From contig JBBPIT010000009.1 of assembly GCA_038040175.1 (NCBI GenBank), positions 6,931 to 70,930 of the forward strand: DNA of 64,000 bases. Direction: 5' to 3'. The position numbers were made by a program, and so were the translations under genes. Source of the stretch: Pseudomonadota bacterium (lineage in GTDB: Bacteria; Pseudomonadota; Gammaproteobacteria; Burkholderiales; JACQAP01). A model generated the notes under the pieces. It was not told the origin of the DNA, ran no database searches, and saw only the letters and a list, made by a program, of their open reading frames with translations. Shown in pieces: positions 54,622 through 63,881 of the stretch; positions within the stretch are counted from its first letter, which is position 1; each line of letters starts with the position of its first letter.

Positions 54622-55346
54622 TGGGCGCCCGCGAGTTCCAGATTCAGATTTCCGTCCAGCGCGGTACGCTGATCGAAGACAAAGCAGCGGCCTTTGAAGT
54701 GCGCGTCGCCGCAGTCCTCGAAGTACTGCAGGATGCCGCCTTCAAGCTGGAAGACGCTGCGAAACCCCTTTTGAATTAGCACCGGCGCGGCCTTCTCGCA
54801 GCGGATGCCGCCGGTGCAGAAGGCAACAATGGTCTTGCCCTTTAGCGATTCATCGAGCTGGTCCGCCGCCCGCGGGAACTCCCCGAAAGACTTCAGATTC
54901 AGGTGAACGGCATCGCGGAACGTGCCGGATTCCACTTCGAACGCGTTGCGGGTGTCGAGCAGGACCACTTCGCGCCCCTCGTCCAGCCAGCGCTTGAGCT
55001 CGGCTGGCGTTACCGCCGGCGCGCGCTGTGCCGCCGGGTCGAGACCGAGCACGCGCAGGGTGATGATTTCCTTCTTGATCTTGACCAGCATGCGTTTGAA
55101 AGGCTGGTAGGAGGAAACGCTTTCCTTGAAGCGCAGCCCGGCGAGGCGGGAATCGGCGTGCACGAAAGCCTTGAAGCGGGTCACCGCTGGCTCGGAGCCG
55201 GTGACAAATATGTTGATGCCTTCGGGGCTTACCAGGATCGTGCCCTTGAGGCCGAGCTCCCCGCAGCATTCCTTGAGGCCCGCCTTGAGTCCGGGCAGAC
55301 GTTCGAGCGGCACGAACTTGTAGCCGGCGAGGTTGATGAAGCGCAT
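54618..55346 (-). CDS. trhO: Rhodanese-domain tRNA uridine(34) hydroxylase (UPF0176/YceA family)
   Basis: 242 aa with NLAGYKFVPL, GTILVSPEGINIFV, LLDTRNAFE and FCTGGIRCEKA, which holds the rhodanese active-site Cys. Confidence 0.8.
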   Translation of the reverse strand: MRFINLAGYKFVPLERLPGLKAGLKECCGELGLKGTILVSPEGINIFVTGSEPAVTRFKAFVHADSRLAGLRFKESVSSYQPFKRMLVKIKKEIITLRVLGLDPAAQRAPAVTPAELKRWLDEGREVVLLDTRNAFEVESGTFRDAVHLNLKSFGEFPRAADQLDESLKGKTIVAFCTGGIRCEKAAPVLIQKGFRSVFQLEGGILQYFEDCGDAHFKGRCFVFDQRTALDGNLNLELAGAQ

Positions 55347-55456
55347 GGCAGGGATGGCGGCGGGAAGGCGCGTATTTTAACAAGCGGCGCTGCAACAACC
55401 TAATAAAGCTAATTGGAAAGCGAATCGAATTTCTCGGCCGGAATTGAGGGCGTAAA

Positions 55457-58400
55457 ATGCCGCCCATGCAACCGAAGTTCATCCACCTGCGCCTGCACAG
55501 CGAATATTCGATCGTTGACGGCATCGCCCGGCTCGACGGCGCAGTGGCGGCAGCACAGGCGGACGCGATGCCGGCGCTGGCGTTGACTGACCTTTCCAAC
55601 GTCTTCGGCATGGTGAAGTTCTACCAGACCGCGCGCAGCCAGGGACTCAAGCCGATCATCGGCTGCGACGTCTGGATCAGCAACGAAGCCGACCGCGACA
55701 AGCCTTTCAGGGCGTTGCTGCTGTGCGCCTCCGCCGCGGGCTATCTTCGGCTCTGCGACTGGCTGACGCGCGCCTACCGCAACAATCAGCACCGCGGACG
55801 CGCGGAAATCCATAAGAAGTGGCTCAGCGAGACCGGCACCGACGGGTTGATCGCGTTGTCGGGCGCGCACCTCGGCGATATCGGTCATGCGCTGCTTGCC
55901 GATAACCCGCAGCAGGCGCAGAAGCTGGCACAGGAATGGGCGCAGCTTTTTCCGCAGCGCTTCTATATCGAGTTGCAGCGCGCCGGCCATCCCCATGCCG
56001 AGCACTACGTCAAGCGCGCGGTTCGGCTTGCTTCCGGCCTGAAACTGCCGGTGGTGGCGGCGTATCCGGTGCAGTTTCTCAAGCGCGAGGATTTCGTCGC
56101 CCACGAGGCGCGAGTGTGCATTGCCGAGGGTTATGTCCTTTCCGACCAGCGCCGCCCGCGCCACTTCACAGAAGAGCAGTACTTCAAGACCCAAGCCGAG
56201 ATGGTGGAGCTCTTCGCCGATCTGCCGCAGGCGCTGGAAAATTCGGTGGAGATTGCCCGCCGCTGCAATTTCCCGCTCGATCTCGGCAAGTCGAGGCTGC
56301 CGCTGTTTCCCACTCCCGAGGGGGTCAGTCTCGAGCAGTATCTGCACGAGCGTTCGGTCGCCGGTCTGGAATTGCGCGTGAAGGCGCTCTACCCTGAGCC
56401 CGCCGCGCGCGCCGAGCACATGCCGCGTTACCGCGAGCGCCTCGAGTTCGAGATCAAGACCATCGTGCAGATGGGCTTCCCGGGTTACTTTCTTATCGTC
56501 GCCGATTTCATCAACTGGGCCAAGGCGAACGGCGTGCCGGTGGGGCCGGGACGGGGTTCCGGCGCGGGCTCGCTGGTCGCGTATTCGCTGGGCATCACCG
56601 ACCTCGATCCGCTGCGCTACGACCTGTTGTTCGAACGCTTCCTCAACCCCGAGCGGGTGTCCATGCCGGACTTCGACGTGGATTTCTGCCAGGACGGCCG
56701 CGACCGCGTGATCGAGTACGTCCGCCACAAGTACGGCGAGGAGTCGGTGTCGCAGATCGTGACCTTCGGCACCATGGCGGCGAAGGCGGTGGTGCGCGAC
56801 GTGGGCCGCGTCATGGAATGGAACTACAGCCGCACCGACGAGCTCGCCAAGCTGATCCCGTTCCAGCCGGGCAAGCTCATCACGCTCAAGGACGCGCGCG
56901 AGATGGAGCCGCGGCTGAAGGAGCGCGAGGAATCGGAAGAAGAAACGCGCGAGCTGCTGGCGCTCGCGGAACAGCTCGAAGGCTTGACCCGCAACGTCGG
57001 CATGCATGCCGGCGGCGTGCTGATCGCGCCCGGCAAGCTCACCGACTTCTGCCCTTTATACACGGCTTCCGGTTCGGACAGCGCGGTGTCGCAGCTCGAC
57101 AAGGACGACGTGGAAGCGATCGGACTGGTGAAGTTCGACTTCCTCGGCCTGACCACGCTCACCATCCTCGACTGGACGCTGCGCTTCATCAAGCGCCTCG
57201 ATCCGGATTCGCAGATCAGGCTCGAGCAGCTTCCGCTCGACGATCCGGCTGCGTTCAAGGTGTTTGCCGGCGCCAATACCACGGCGGTATTCCAGTTTGA
57301 ATCGCGCGGCATGCGCGAGCTGCTGAAACAGGCCAGGCCCGACCGCTTCGAAGACATCATCGCGCTGGTTGCCTTGTTCCGCCCCGGTCCGATGGAACTC
57401 ATCCCCGATTTCGTCAAGCGCAAGCAGGGCCAGGAGCGCGTCGAGTATCTCGACAAACGCCTGGAGCCGATCCTGTCGCCGACCTACGGGATCATGGTGT
57501 ACCAGGAACAGGTGATGCAGATCGCCCAGGTGATCGGCGGTTACAGCCTCGGTGCCGCCGACCTGCTGCGCCGCGCGATGGGCAAGAAGAAGTCCGAGGA
57601 AATGGCGCAGCACCGCGACATCTTCAAGGCCGGCGCGATGAAGAACGGCGTGTCCGAGCACCGCGCCGAGCAGTTGTTCGACCTGATGGAGAAGTTCGCC
57701 GGCTACGGCTTCAACAAGTCGCATGCCGCCGCATACGCGCTGGTCGCCTACCAGACCGCGTACTTCAAGGCACATCACGCGGCAGCGTTCATGGCCGCCA
57801 ACATGTCGGCGGTCATGGACGATACCGACAAGGTGCAGCAGTTCTGCGAGGATACGATCGCCAACGGCCTGGAGGTGCTGCCACCGGATATTCACGCAGC
57901 CGAGTACCGCTTCGTGCCGTTGGATGCGAAGCGCATCCGCTACGGGCTCGGGGCGGTTAAAGGGACCGGAGAATCGGCGATCGCCCACATCATCAAGGCG
58001 CGCGAGCAGGGCGGACCTTTCAAGGACCTGTTCGATTTCTGCCGCAGGGTGGACAAGCGTGTCGTCAATCGGCGGGTGGTCGAATCGCTGGTGCGTGCCG
58101 GCGCATTCGACTCCATCAACGATCATCGCGCCAGCCTGATGGCCTCTGTCGGCATCGCCATGGAGGCGGCCGAGCAGGAGAACCGGGCCGCCTCGCAGAA
58201 CAGTCTGTTCGGCGATGCGTCGACAACGGTCGAAGGGCCGAAGCTGATCGAAGCGGCGCGCTGGGAGGTGAAAGAGCAACTGCAGAACGAGAAACTCGCG
58301 CTCGGCTATTACTTCAGCGGCCACCCTTTCCAGAGTTACGCCGCGGAGGTGGAGGCCTTCGCCAGGACGCGGCTCGCCGGCATCCAGCCGCAGGGACAGA

Positions 58401-58900
58401 CCGTGATCGTCGCGGGCGTCATCTACAGCATCCGGCAGCAGCAGACCCGGCGCGGGCGCATGGCGGTGGTCGTGCTCGACGACGGCACGGCGCGCGTGGA
58501 GCTCACGGTATTCAACGAGCTGTTCGAGCAGCACCGCAACTGGCTCAAGGAAGATCAGTTGCTGATCGTCGAGGGCAAGGCAAGCTTCGACAACTTCACC
58601 CAGGGCCTGCGGCTAACCGCGGACCGGCTCTACGACCTCACCGCCGCACGCAGTCGCTTAGCGCGCAAGGTGCGGCTGCACTGCAACGGTCAGTCGAGCG
58701 GCAGCAAACTCAAGGAACTGCTGGCGCCCTATCGCGACGGCGGGGATGGCGGCTGCCCGGTCTCGGTGGTGTACAGCAACAACGACGCGGTCGCCGAAAT
58801 CGAACTGGGCGACGCGTGGCGGGTGAAACTGGATGACGGGCTGATCAACTCGCTCGGCAACTGGATCGAGCCGAAGAACGTCCAGATCGTTTACCTGTAA
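55457..58900 (+). CDS. dnaE: DNA polymerase III subunit alpha
   Basis: 1147 aa with FIHLRLHSEYS (PHP domain), GFPGYFLIVADFI, GPGRGSGAGSLVAYSLGIT, DFDVDFC, HAGGVLI and the GYGFNKSHAAAYAL motifs. Confidence 0.95.
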   Translation: MPPMQPKFIHLRLHSEYSIVDGIARLDGAVAAAQADAMPALALTDLSNVFGMVKFYQTARSQGLKPIIGCDVWISNEADRDKPFRALLLCASAAGYLRLCDWLTRAYRNNQHRGRAEIHKKWLSETGTDGLIALSGAHLGDIGHALLADNPQQAQKLAQEWAQLFPQRFYIELQRAGHPHAEHYVKRAVRLASGLKLPVVAAYPVQFLKREDFVAHEARVCIAEGYVLSDQRRPRHFTEEQYFKTQAEMVELFADLPQALENSVEIARRCNFPLDLGKSRLPLFPTPEGVSLEQYLHERSVAGLELRVKALYPEPAARAEHMPRYRERLEFEIKTIVQMGFPGYFLIVADFINWAKANGVPVGPGRGSGAGSLVAYSLGITDLDPLRYDLLFERFLNPERVSMPDFDVDFCQDGRDRVIEYVRHKYGEESVSQIVTFGTMAAKAVVRDVGRVMEWNYSRTDELAKLIPFQPGKLITLKDAREMEPRLKEREESEEETRELLALAEQLEGLTRNVGMHAGGVLIAPGKLTDFCPLYTASGSDSAVSQLDKDDVEAIGLVKFDFLGLTTLTILDWTLRFIKRLDPDSQIRLEQLPLDDPAAFKVFAGANTTAVFQFESRGMRELLKQARPDRFEDIIALVALFRPGPMELIPDFVKRKQGQERVEYLDKRLEPILSPTYGIMVYQEQVMQIAQVIGGYSLGAADLLRRAMGKKKSEEMAQHRDIFKAGAMKNGVSEHRAEQLFDLMEKFAGYGFNKSHAAAYALVAYQTAYFKAHHAAAFMAANMSAVMDDTDKVQQFCEDTIANGLEVLPPDIHAAEYRFVPLDAKRIRYGLGAVKGTGESAIAHIIKAREQGGPFKDLFDFCRRVDKRVVNRRVVESLVRAGAFDSINDHRASLMASVGIAMEAAEQENRAASQNSLFGDASTTVEGPKLIEAARWEVKEQLQNEKLALGYYFSGHPFQSYAAEVEAFARTRLAGIQPQGQTVIVAGVIYSIRQQQTRRGRMAVVVLDDGTARVELTVFNELFEQHRNWLKEDQLLIVEGKASFDNFTQGLRLTADRLYDLTAARSRLARKVRLHCNGQSSGSKLKELLAPYRDGGDGGCPVSVVYSNNDAVAEIELGDAWRVKLDDGLINSLGNWIEPKNVQIVYL

Positions 58901-58950
58901 GCTCGGGAAAAAGAGGAAATCTCACCACGGTAAGAATTTGATTTGTCGTT

Positions 58951-59232
58951 CTACCCCGTCGGGCGCTTGTCGAAGACCTGGAAGTCCCCCTCACCCTCGG
59001 CCGATTCAACGTCCACGCTGTCCACGCGCGCCGTCGTCGGACCCTGGCGGGCCCACTCGACGATGGAGTCGATGGCGAAGGCCTCGCCCTGCACGATCGC
59101 CTCGACCGTTCCGTCGAGGCGATTGCGCACCCAACCGGTCACCTTGAGCTGGTCTGCGCGCTGGCGCATGGCTTCGCGCAGATTCACGCCCTGGACCTGG
59201 CCACGGATGCGAATTCGGCGGGTGATTTTCAT
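58951..59232 (-). CDS. acyP: Acylphosphatase
   Basis: 93 aa with IRGQVQGVNLREAMRQRADQLKVTGWVRNRLDGTVE. Confidence 0.85.
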   Translation of the reverse strand: MKITRRIRIRGQVQGVNLREAMRQRADQLKVTGWVRNRLDGTVEAIVQGEAFAIDSIVEWARQGPTTARVDSVDVESAEGEGDFQVFDKRPTG

Positions 59233-59241
59233 GAGATGCGT

Positions 59242-61890
59242 TTACTTTACCCGCATGCCCGGCTGCGCGCCATCGTCGGGCGAGAGCAGGAAAATGCCCG
59301 GCCCGTCGCCGCTGGCGGCCAGTACCATGCCCTGGGATTCCCCGAAGCGCATCTTGCGCGGCTGCAGGTTGGCGACCATCACCGTAAGCCGTCCGACCAG
59401 CTTCGCCGGGTCATATGCCGACTTGATGCCGGCGAACACCTGGCGGGTTTCGTTGCCGAGATCGAGCTGCAGTTTGAGCAGCTTGTCGGCGCCTTCCACG
59501 TGCTCGGCACTGACGATGCGCGCGACGCGCAGCTCGACTTTATTGAAATCATCGATAGTGATAAGCCCCTCTCCCTCGGGGAGAGGGGTCTGGGGTGAGG
59601 GAGACGTCGGGGTGGAGGTCATTTTGTTCACCATGTTCCATATCGACTCGAGCACCGAGTCGGTTTGCGAGAGCACATCGTTATTCCAGAACCGCAACAC
59701 TTCGATTCGAAGTGCCGCGAGCGCTTGTGTTCGGGAATCGTCGTACGAGCGTGCCGTTTGATGTTGGCCACCATCCAGTTCGATGGCGAGTTTCAGCTCG
59801 TGGCTGTAGAAGTCGAGGACGTATCGATGTCCACTGAATTCCACGGGATGTTGCCGGCGAAACTTCGCGCCGGCAAGCCTTCGATCGCGCAGCAAAAACC
59901 AGACTAGTTGCTCGGCGTCTGTTTGGACGGCGCGCAACTTGCGCGCGAATTCCAGCAGATCAGGTGGGACGGGCGGTTTTTTCTTGAAAAGGCTTTTTTT
60001 CCCCTCACCCCCCGCTCCCTCACCCCCCCGCCCCTCTCCCGGAGGTAGAGGGGAGCTGGCCGGTTGCAGGCTTTCCTTGTTGGCTTCGACCAGCGCGGTG
60101 ATCTGTTTGGGGTCGATCCTCATCATCAAATGCGAATATTCCTGAACGCGATGATTCTCCAAGAGTCTGGACGCGTCCTTCCATTCAAGATCCCCGTCCC
60201 GAATAAACTGCTCGGCTGAGGATGCAAGTGTTGGCAGTACTGGCTTCAAATAAATGGTAAGCAGCCGAAAGAGATTGATAGTGACGGTGCAGACTTCGTG
60301 AAGATCCGAAGTTTTCTGTGCGTCTTTTGCAAGTTCCCAGGGTCGATTCAGATCAAAATACTTATTTGCGAGATCGGCTAAGAACATAACTTCCCTTATC
60401 GCACGGCCGAACTCGCGCAACTCATATAGTGTGGCTATCCGTGCCGCATCAACCATTGCGACAGACAATAATCTCGCGGGGTCTATTGGTAACTCGCCTT
60501 CCGAGACTAACCTCAGAAACGCATCACGCTCGAATTCGTCAACCGACTCATCTCCAGGACTAAAGTCAAACAACCCCATCGTCCTGATCGAGTTTGAGTA
60601 CGCAGTCACTTCGGCTGAGTAGTGCAGCGAACCAATCTCGTTGTTGAACTTGCTTCTTAGAAAGGATGCAGCTCTGCTTGCGATGTTGACGTACTTGCCG
60701 ATCAGATCGCTGTTTACCCGCGCGACGAAGTCCTCGAGGTTGAGGTCGATGTCCTCCATGCTCGCGTTGAGCTTCGCCGCGTAGTAGTAGCGCAGCCACT
60801 CGGGATTCAGCCCCTGCTTGAGGTAGCTCTCGGCGGTGATGAAGGTGCCGCGGGACTTGGACATCTTCTGTCCGTCCACCGTGAGGAAGCCGTGGGCGAA
60901 CACCTTGGTCGGCGTGCGGTAGCCTGCGAATTCCAGCATTGCCGGCCAGAACAGGGCATGGAAATAGAGGATGTCCTTGCCGATGAAGTGGACCATCTCG
61001 GTATTGCCGCCCGGGCGCAGGAAGGCGTCCCTGTCGATGGTCTTGCCCGCCGCTTTCTGTTTGGCGACGTAGTTGCCGAAGCTGCCGAAGTATCCCACCG
61101 GCGCATCCAGCCAGACATAAAAGAACTTCTGGTTGTTGGTGCCCGGGATCGGAAAGCCGAAGTAGGGGGCGTCGCGGGAAATGTCCCAGTCGGCCAGCTT
61201 GTTATCGCCAGGCTCGCCCAGCCACTCTTTCATCTTGTTCGCCGCTTCCGGCTGGAGGCGGTCGCCGGTCTGGGTGAAGCGGCGCAGGAAATCCTCGCAT
61301 AGTTTGTCGGAAAGCCTGAAGAAATGGTGCTCGGAGGCCTTGCGTTCCGGCCTGGCGCCTGAAACCGCCGAGTAAGGATTGATGAGGTCGGTGGGCGAAT
61401 ATGTGGTGCCACAGACTTCGCAAGAGTCGCCGTACTGGTCCTTCGAGTGGCAGTTCGGGCACTCGCCCTTGATGTATCGGTCCGGCAGGAACATCTGCTT
61501 GACCGGGTCGTAGAACTGCTCGACCGACCGTCTGGCGATCAGGTTCTTCTTGTCCAGCTGGCGGTAGATGTCCTCGCAGAAAGCCTGGTTCTCCGGGGAA
61601 TTCGTGGTGTAGTAGTTGTCGAAGGCCACATGGAAGCCGGCGAAGTCGCGGGTGTGCTCGCCGTACACGCGGGCGATCAGTTGCTCCGGGGCGATGCCTT
61701 CCTTGTCGGCGCGCAGCATGATCGGCGTGCCGTGGGTGTCGTCGGCGCAGACGTAATAGACCTCAGTGTCGGCTTGCATTCTCTGGAAGCGCACCCAGAT
61801 ATCGGTCTGGATGTATTCCACGAGGTGGCCGAGGTGGATGCTGCCGTTGGCGTACGGCAGCGCCGAGGTGACGAGGATCCTGCGCGACAT
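59242..61890 (-). CDS. metG: Methionine--tRNA ligase carrying an in-frame DUF559 insertion (882 aa)
   Basis: [28 protein letters not shown] contains the HIGH motif. The Zn knuckle is [25 protein letters not shown] is present. The anticodon-binding domain contains [21 protein letters not shown]. The C-terminal Trbp111-like domain runs [17 protein letters not shown]...[13 protein letters not shown]. There are 166 extra codons between the last two domains. Confidence 0.95.
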   Translation of the reverse strand: MSRRILVTSALPYANGSIHLGHLVEYIQTDIWVRFQRMQADTEVYYVCADDTHGTPIMLRADKEGIAPEQLIARVYGEHTRDFAGFHVAFDNYYTTNSPENQAFCEDIYRQLDKKNLIARRSVEQFYDPVKQMFLPDRYIKGECPNCHSKDQYGDSCEVCGTTYSPTDLINPYSAVSGARPERKASEHHFFRLSDKLCEDFLRRFTQTGDRLQPEAANKMKEWLGEPGDNKLADWDISRDAPYFGFPIPGTNNQKFFYVWLDAPVGYFGSFGNYVAKQKAAGKTIDRDAFLRPGGNTEMVHFIGKDILYFHALFWPAMLEFAGYRTPTKVFAHGFLTVDGQKMSKSRGTFITAESYLKQGLNPEWLRYYYAAKLNASMEDIDLNLEDFVARVNSDLIGKYVNIASRAASFLRSKFNNEIGSLHYSAEVTAYSNSIRTMGLFDFSPGDESVDEFERDAFLRLVSEGELPIDPARLLSVAMVDAARIATLYELREFGRAIREVMFLADLANKYFDLNRPWELAKDAQKTSDLHEVCTVTINLFRLLTIYLKPVLPTLASSAEQFIRDGDLEWKDASRLLENHRVQEYSHLMMRIDPKQITALVEANKESLQPASSPLPPGEGRGGEGAGGEGKKSLFKKKPPVPPDLLEFARKLRAVQTDAEQLVWFLLRDRRLAGAKFRRQHPVEFSGHRYVLDFYSHELKLAIELDGGQHQTARSYDDSRTQALAALRIEVLRFWNNDVLSQTDSVLESIWNMVNKMTSTPTSPSPQTPLPEGEGLITIDDFNKVELRVARIVSAEHVEGADKLLKLQLDLGNETRQVFAGIKSAYDPAKLVGRLTVMVANLQPRKMRFGESQGMVLAASGDGPGIFLLSPDDGAQPGMRVK
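59563..60060 (-). mobile_element. 498-bp cassette bounded by terminal inverted repeats, encoding a DUF559 (Vsr-like endonuclease fold) domain, inserted in frame in metG
   Basis: In the sense (minus-strand) orientation, the 5' end is ccctctacctccgggagagggg-cggg-ggggtgagggag-cggggggtgagggg. The 3' end is ctccctcacccc-aga-cccctctccccgagggagagggg. That gives imperfect inverted repeats of about 25 nt, each with a self-complementary hairpin. The interior encodes [63 protein letters not shown]...[13 protein letters not shown]. Calling it mobile is inference. Confidence 0.7.
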
Positions 61891-62000
61891 TTCGGGGAGA
61901 CGCGGAAAAGCCCGGATTCTATCAAATGGACCCCGAGAAAGCCCTTTACGGGCCGAGAATTAAGCTTAAAATTCGCCCCTTAAATTCCAGGGCAGCAGAC

Positions 62001-63089
62001 GTGGCAATCACCGAAGAGCAGGTCAGATCAGCCTTGCAGGAACTCACCGATCCGGTGACCGGGAAGGACTACGTCTCCGGCAAGGAAGCCCGCAACATCA
62101 AGGTCGAGGGCAACGACGTCTCTCTCGACATCCTGCTCGGCTACCCGGCCAAAAGCGTGATCGACGTCGTCCGGCGAGATGTTATTGGCAAGCTCAAGAC
62201 CATCCCCGGCGTGGGGAATGTCAGCGCCAACGTCCAGGTCAAGATCATCGCCCACGCTGTGCGGCCGGGCGTGAAGCTGATGCCCGGCGTCAAGAACGTG
62301 ATCGCCGTGGCGTCCGGCAAAGGCGGGGTGGGCAAATCCACCACTGCGGTAAACCTGGCGCTGGCGCTCGCCGCCGAAGGCGCCCAGGTCGGGTTGCTGG
62401 ACGCCGACATCTACGGCCCCTCCCAGCAGATGATGATGGGGCTGTCCGGCCGGCCGGAGTCCGCTGACGGAAAGACCATCGAGCCGAAGGTGAAATACGG
62501 CGTGCAGGCGATGTCGATCGGATTGCTGATCGACGTGGACACGCCGATGGTCTGGCGTGGTCCGATGGTGACCCAGGCGCTGGAACAGTTGCTGCGAGAC
62601 ACCCAGTGGAAGGATCTGGACTATATGGTGGTGGACCTGCCTCCCGGGACCGGCGACATTCAGCTCACGCTGTCGCAGAAGGTCCCGGTTACCGGTGCCG
62701 TAATCGTCACCACGCCGCAGGACATTGCACTGATCGATGCCCGCAAAGGCCTCAAGATGTTCGAGAAGGTAGGCGTGCCGATCCTGGGACTGGTGGAGAA
62801 CATGAGCGTCCACGTCTGCTCCAAGTGCGGACACGAGGAGCACATTTTCGGCGAGGGCGGGGCGGCGGCCATGAGCAAGGACTACGGCGTGGAGGTACTT
62901 GGCTCGCTGCCGCTCGACATCAAAATCCGCGAACAGGCGGACTCGGGCAAGCCGACGGTGGTCGCCGAACCGGACAGCCGCTCAGCGCAGATCTACAAGG
63001 AAATCGCCCGCAAGGTGGCGGCCAGGATCTCGGAACTGTCGAAGGACCACAGCGCAGCGTTTCCGAAGATCGTTATCCAGAATACGTGA
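62001..63089 (+). CDS. apbC: Fe-S cluster carrier ATPase (Mrp/ApbC/NBP35 family)
   Basis: GTG start inside ORF 61926..63089. N-terminal MIP18-like domain ITEEQVRSALQELTDPVTGKDYV. Deviant Walker A motif VASGKGGVGKSTTAVNLA. CxxC motif SVHVCSKCGHEEHIFG. Confidence 0.9.
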   Translation: MAITEEQVRSALQELTDPVTGKDYVSGKEARNIKVEGNDVSLDILLGYPAKSVIDVVRRDVIGKLKTIPGVGNVSANVQVKIIAHAVRPGVKLMPGVKNVIAVASGKGGVGKSTTAVNLALALAAEGAQVGLLDADIYGPSQQMMMGLSGRPESADGKTIEPKVKYGVQAMSIGLLIDVDTPMVWRGPMVTQALEQLLRDTQWKDLDYMVVDLPPGTGDIQLTLSQKVPVTGAVIVTTPQDIALIDARKGLKMFEKVGVPILGLVENMSVHVCSKCGHEEHIFGEGGAAAMSKDYGVEVLGSLPLDIKIREQADSGKPTVVAEPDSRSAQIYKEIARKVAARISELSKDHSAAFPKIVIQNT

Positions 63090-63212
63090 GGCGAGAGACG
63101 TGAGGCGAGCGGCGAGAGCAAGATACTCAGTGCGGTCAGCGTCTGCAGCTCGCGCGCGCCTCGTGCTGCGTTTTTCACCCTTCACCCCTCACTTCTCACC
63201 CCTCACGAGCGA
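63085..63212. repeat. Two-armed heptamer-repeat element (CGTGAGGCGAGAGA-type arm ... CYTCAC-type arm)
   Basis: The left arm cgtgaggcgagagacgtgaggcgagcggcgagag includes the apbC TGA stop and shares its unit with the 4335 locus. The right arm tttttcacccttcacccctcacttctcacccctcacgagc ends just before the dcd ATG. Confidence 0.9.
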
Positions 63213-63215
63213 AGC

Positions 63216-63788
63216 ATGAGCATAAAGTCAGACAGGTGGATTCGCCGCATGGCGCTGGAGCAGAACATGATCGAGCCGTTCGAGCCCAGCCAGGTCCGTG
63301 TTGCCAACGGCCACAAGATCGTGTCCTACGGGACTTCGAGCTATGGTTACGACATCCGCTGCTCGAACGATTTCAAGATCTTCACCAACATCAATTCGAC
63401 GATGGTGGATCCGAAGAATTTCGACGAGAAGTCGTTCGTCGATTTCAAGGGCGACGTCTGCATCATTCCGCCGAATTCCTTCGCGCTTGCCCGCACCGTC
63501 GAATACTTCCGCATCCCTCGCAACGTGCTCACGATTTGCTTGGGCAAGTCGACCTATGCGCGCTGCGGCATCATCGTCAACGTCACGCCTTTCGAGCCGG
63601 AGTGGGAGGGCTACGTGACGCTGGAATTTTCCAACACCACGCCGCTGCCTGCCAAGATCTACGCCAACGAGGGCGTCGCCCAGGTGATTTTCTTCGAGTC
63701 CGATGCCGACGACGTCTGTGAGACTTCCTACCGCGACCGCGGCGGGAAGTATCAGGGACAGCAAGGCGTGACGCTCCCGAAAATATGA
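63216..63788 (+). CDS. dcd: dCTP deaminase
   Basis: 190 aa, with [68 protein letters not shown]. Confidence 0.95.
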   Translation: MSIKSDRWIRRMALEQNMIEPFEPSQVRVANGHKIVSYGTSSYGYDIRCSNDFKIFTNINSTMVDPKNFDEKSFVDFKGDVCIIPPNSFALARTVEYFRIPRNVLTICLGKSTYARCGIIVNVTPFEPEWEGYVTLEFSNTTPLPAKIYANEGVAQVIFFESDADDVCETSYRDRGGKYQGQQGVTLPKI

Positions 63789-63881
63789 CGCGAGATCCCT
63801 TCCTTTAGTGGCGATGCCAAGCCATCCACGCAACCGCTCCCGCCGAGACCCGGCACCGACGGTTCCCGCACGGAGAACACC

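Noticed and set aside
59563-60060. The metG insertion as an intein.
   Set aside because: There is no Hint-domain block structure, no Cys/Ser/Thr at the N-junction and no terminal His-Asn followed by Cys/Ser/Thr at the C-junction. The insert is only 166 aa and consists of low-complexity linkers plus a DUF559 domain.
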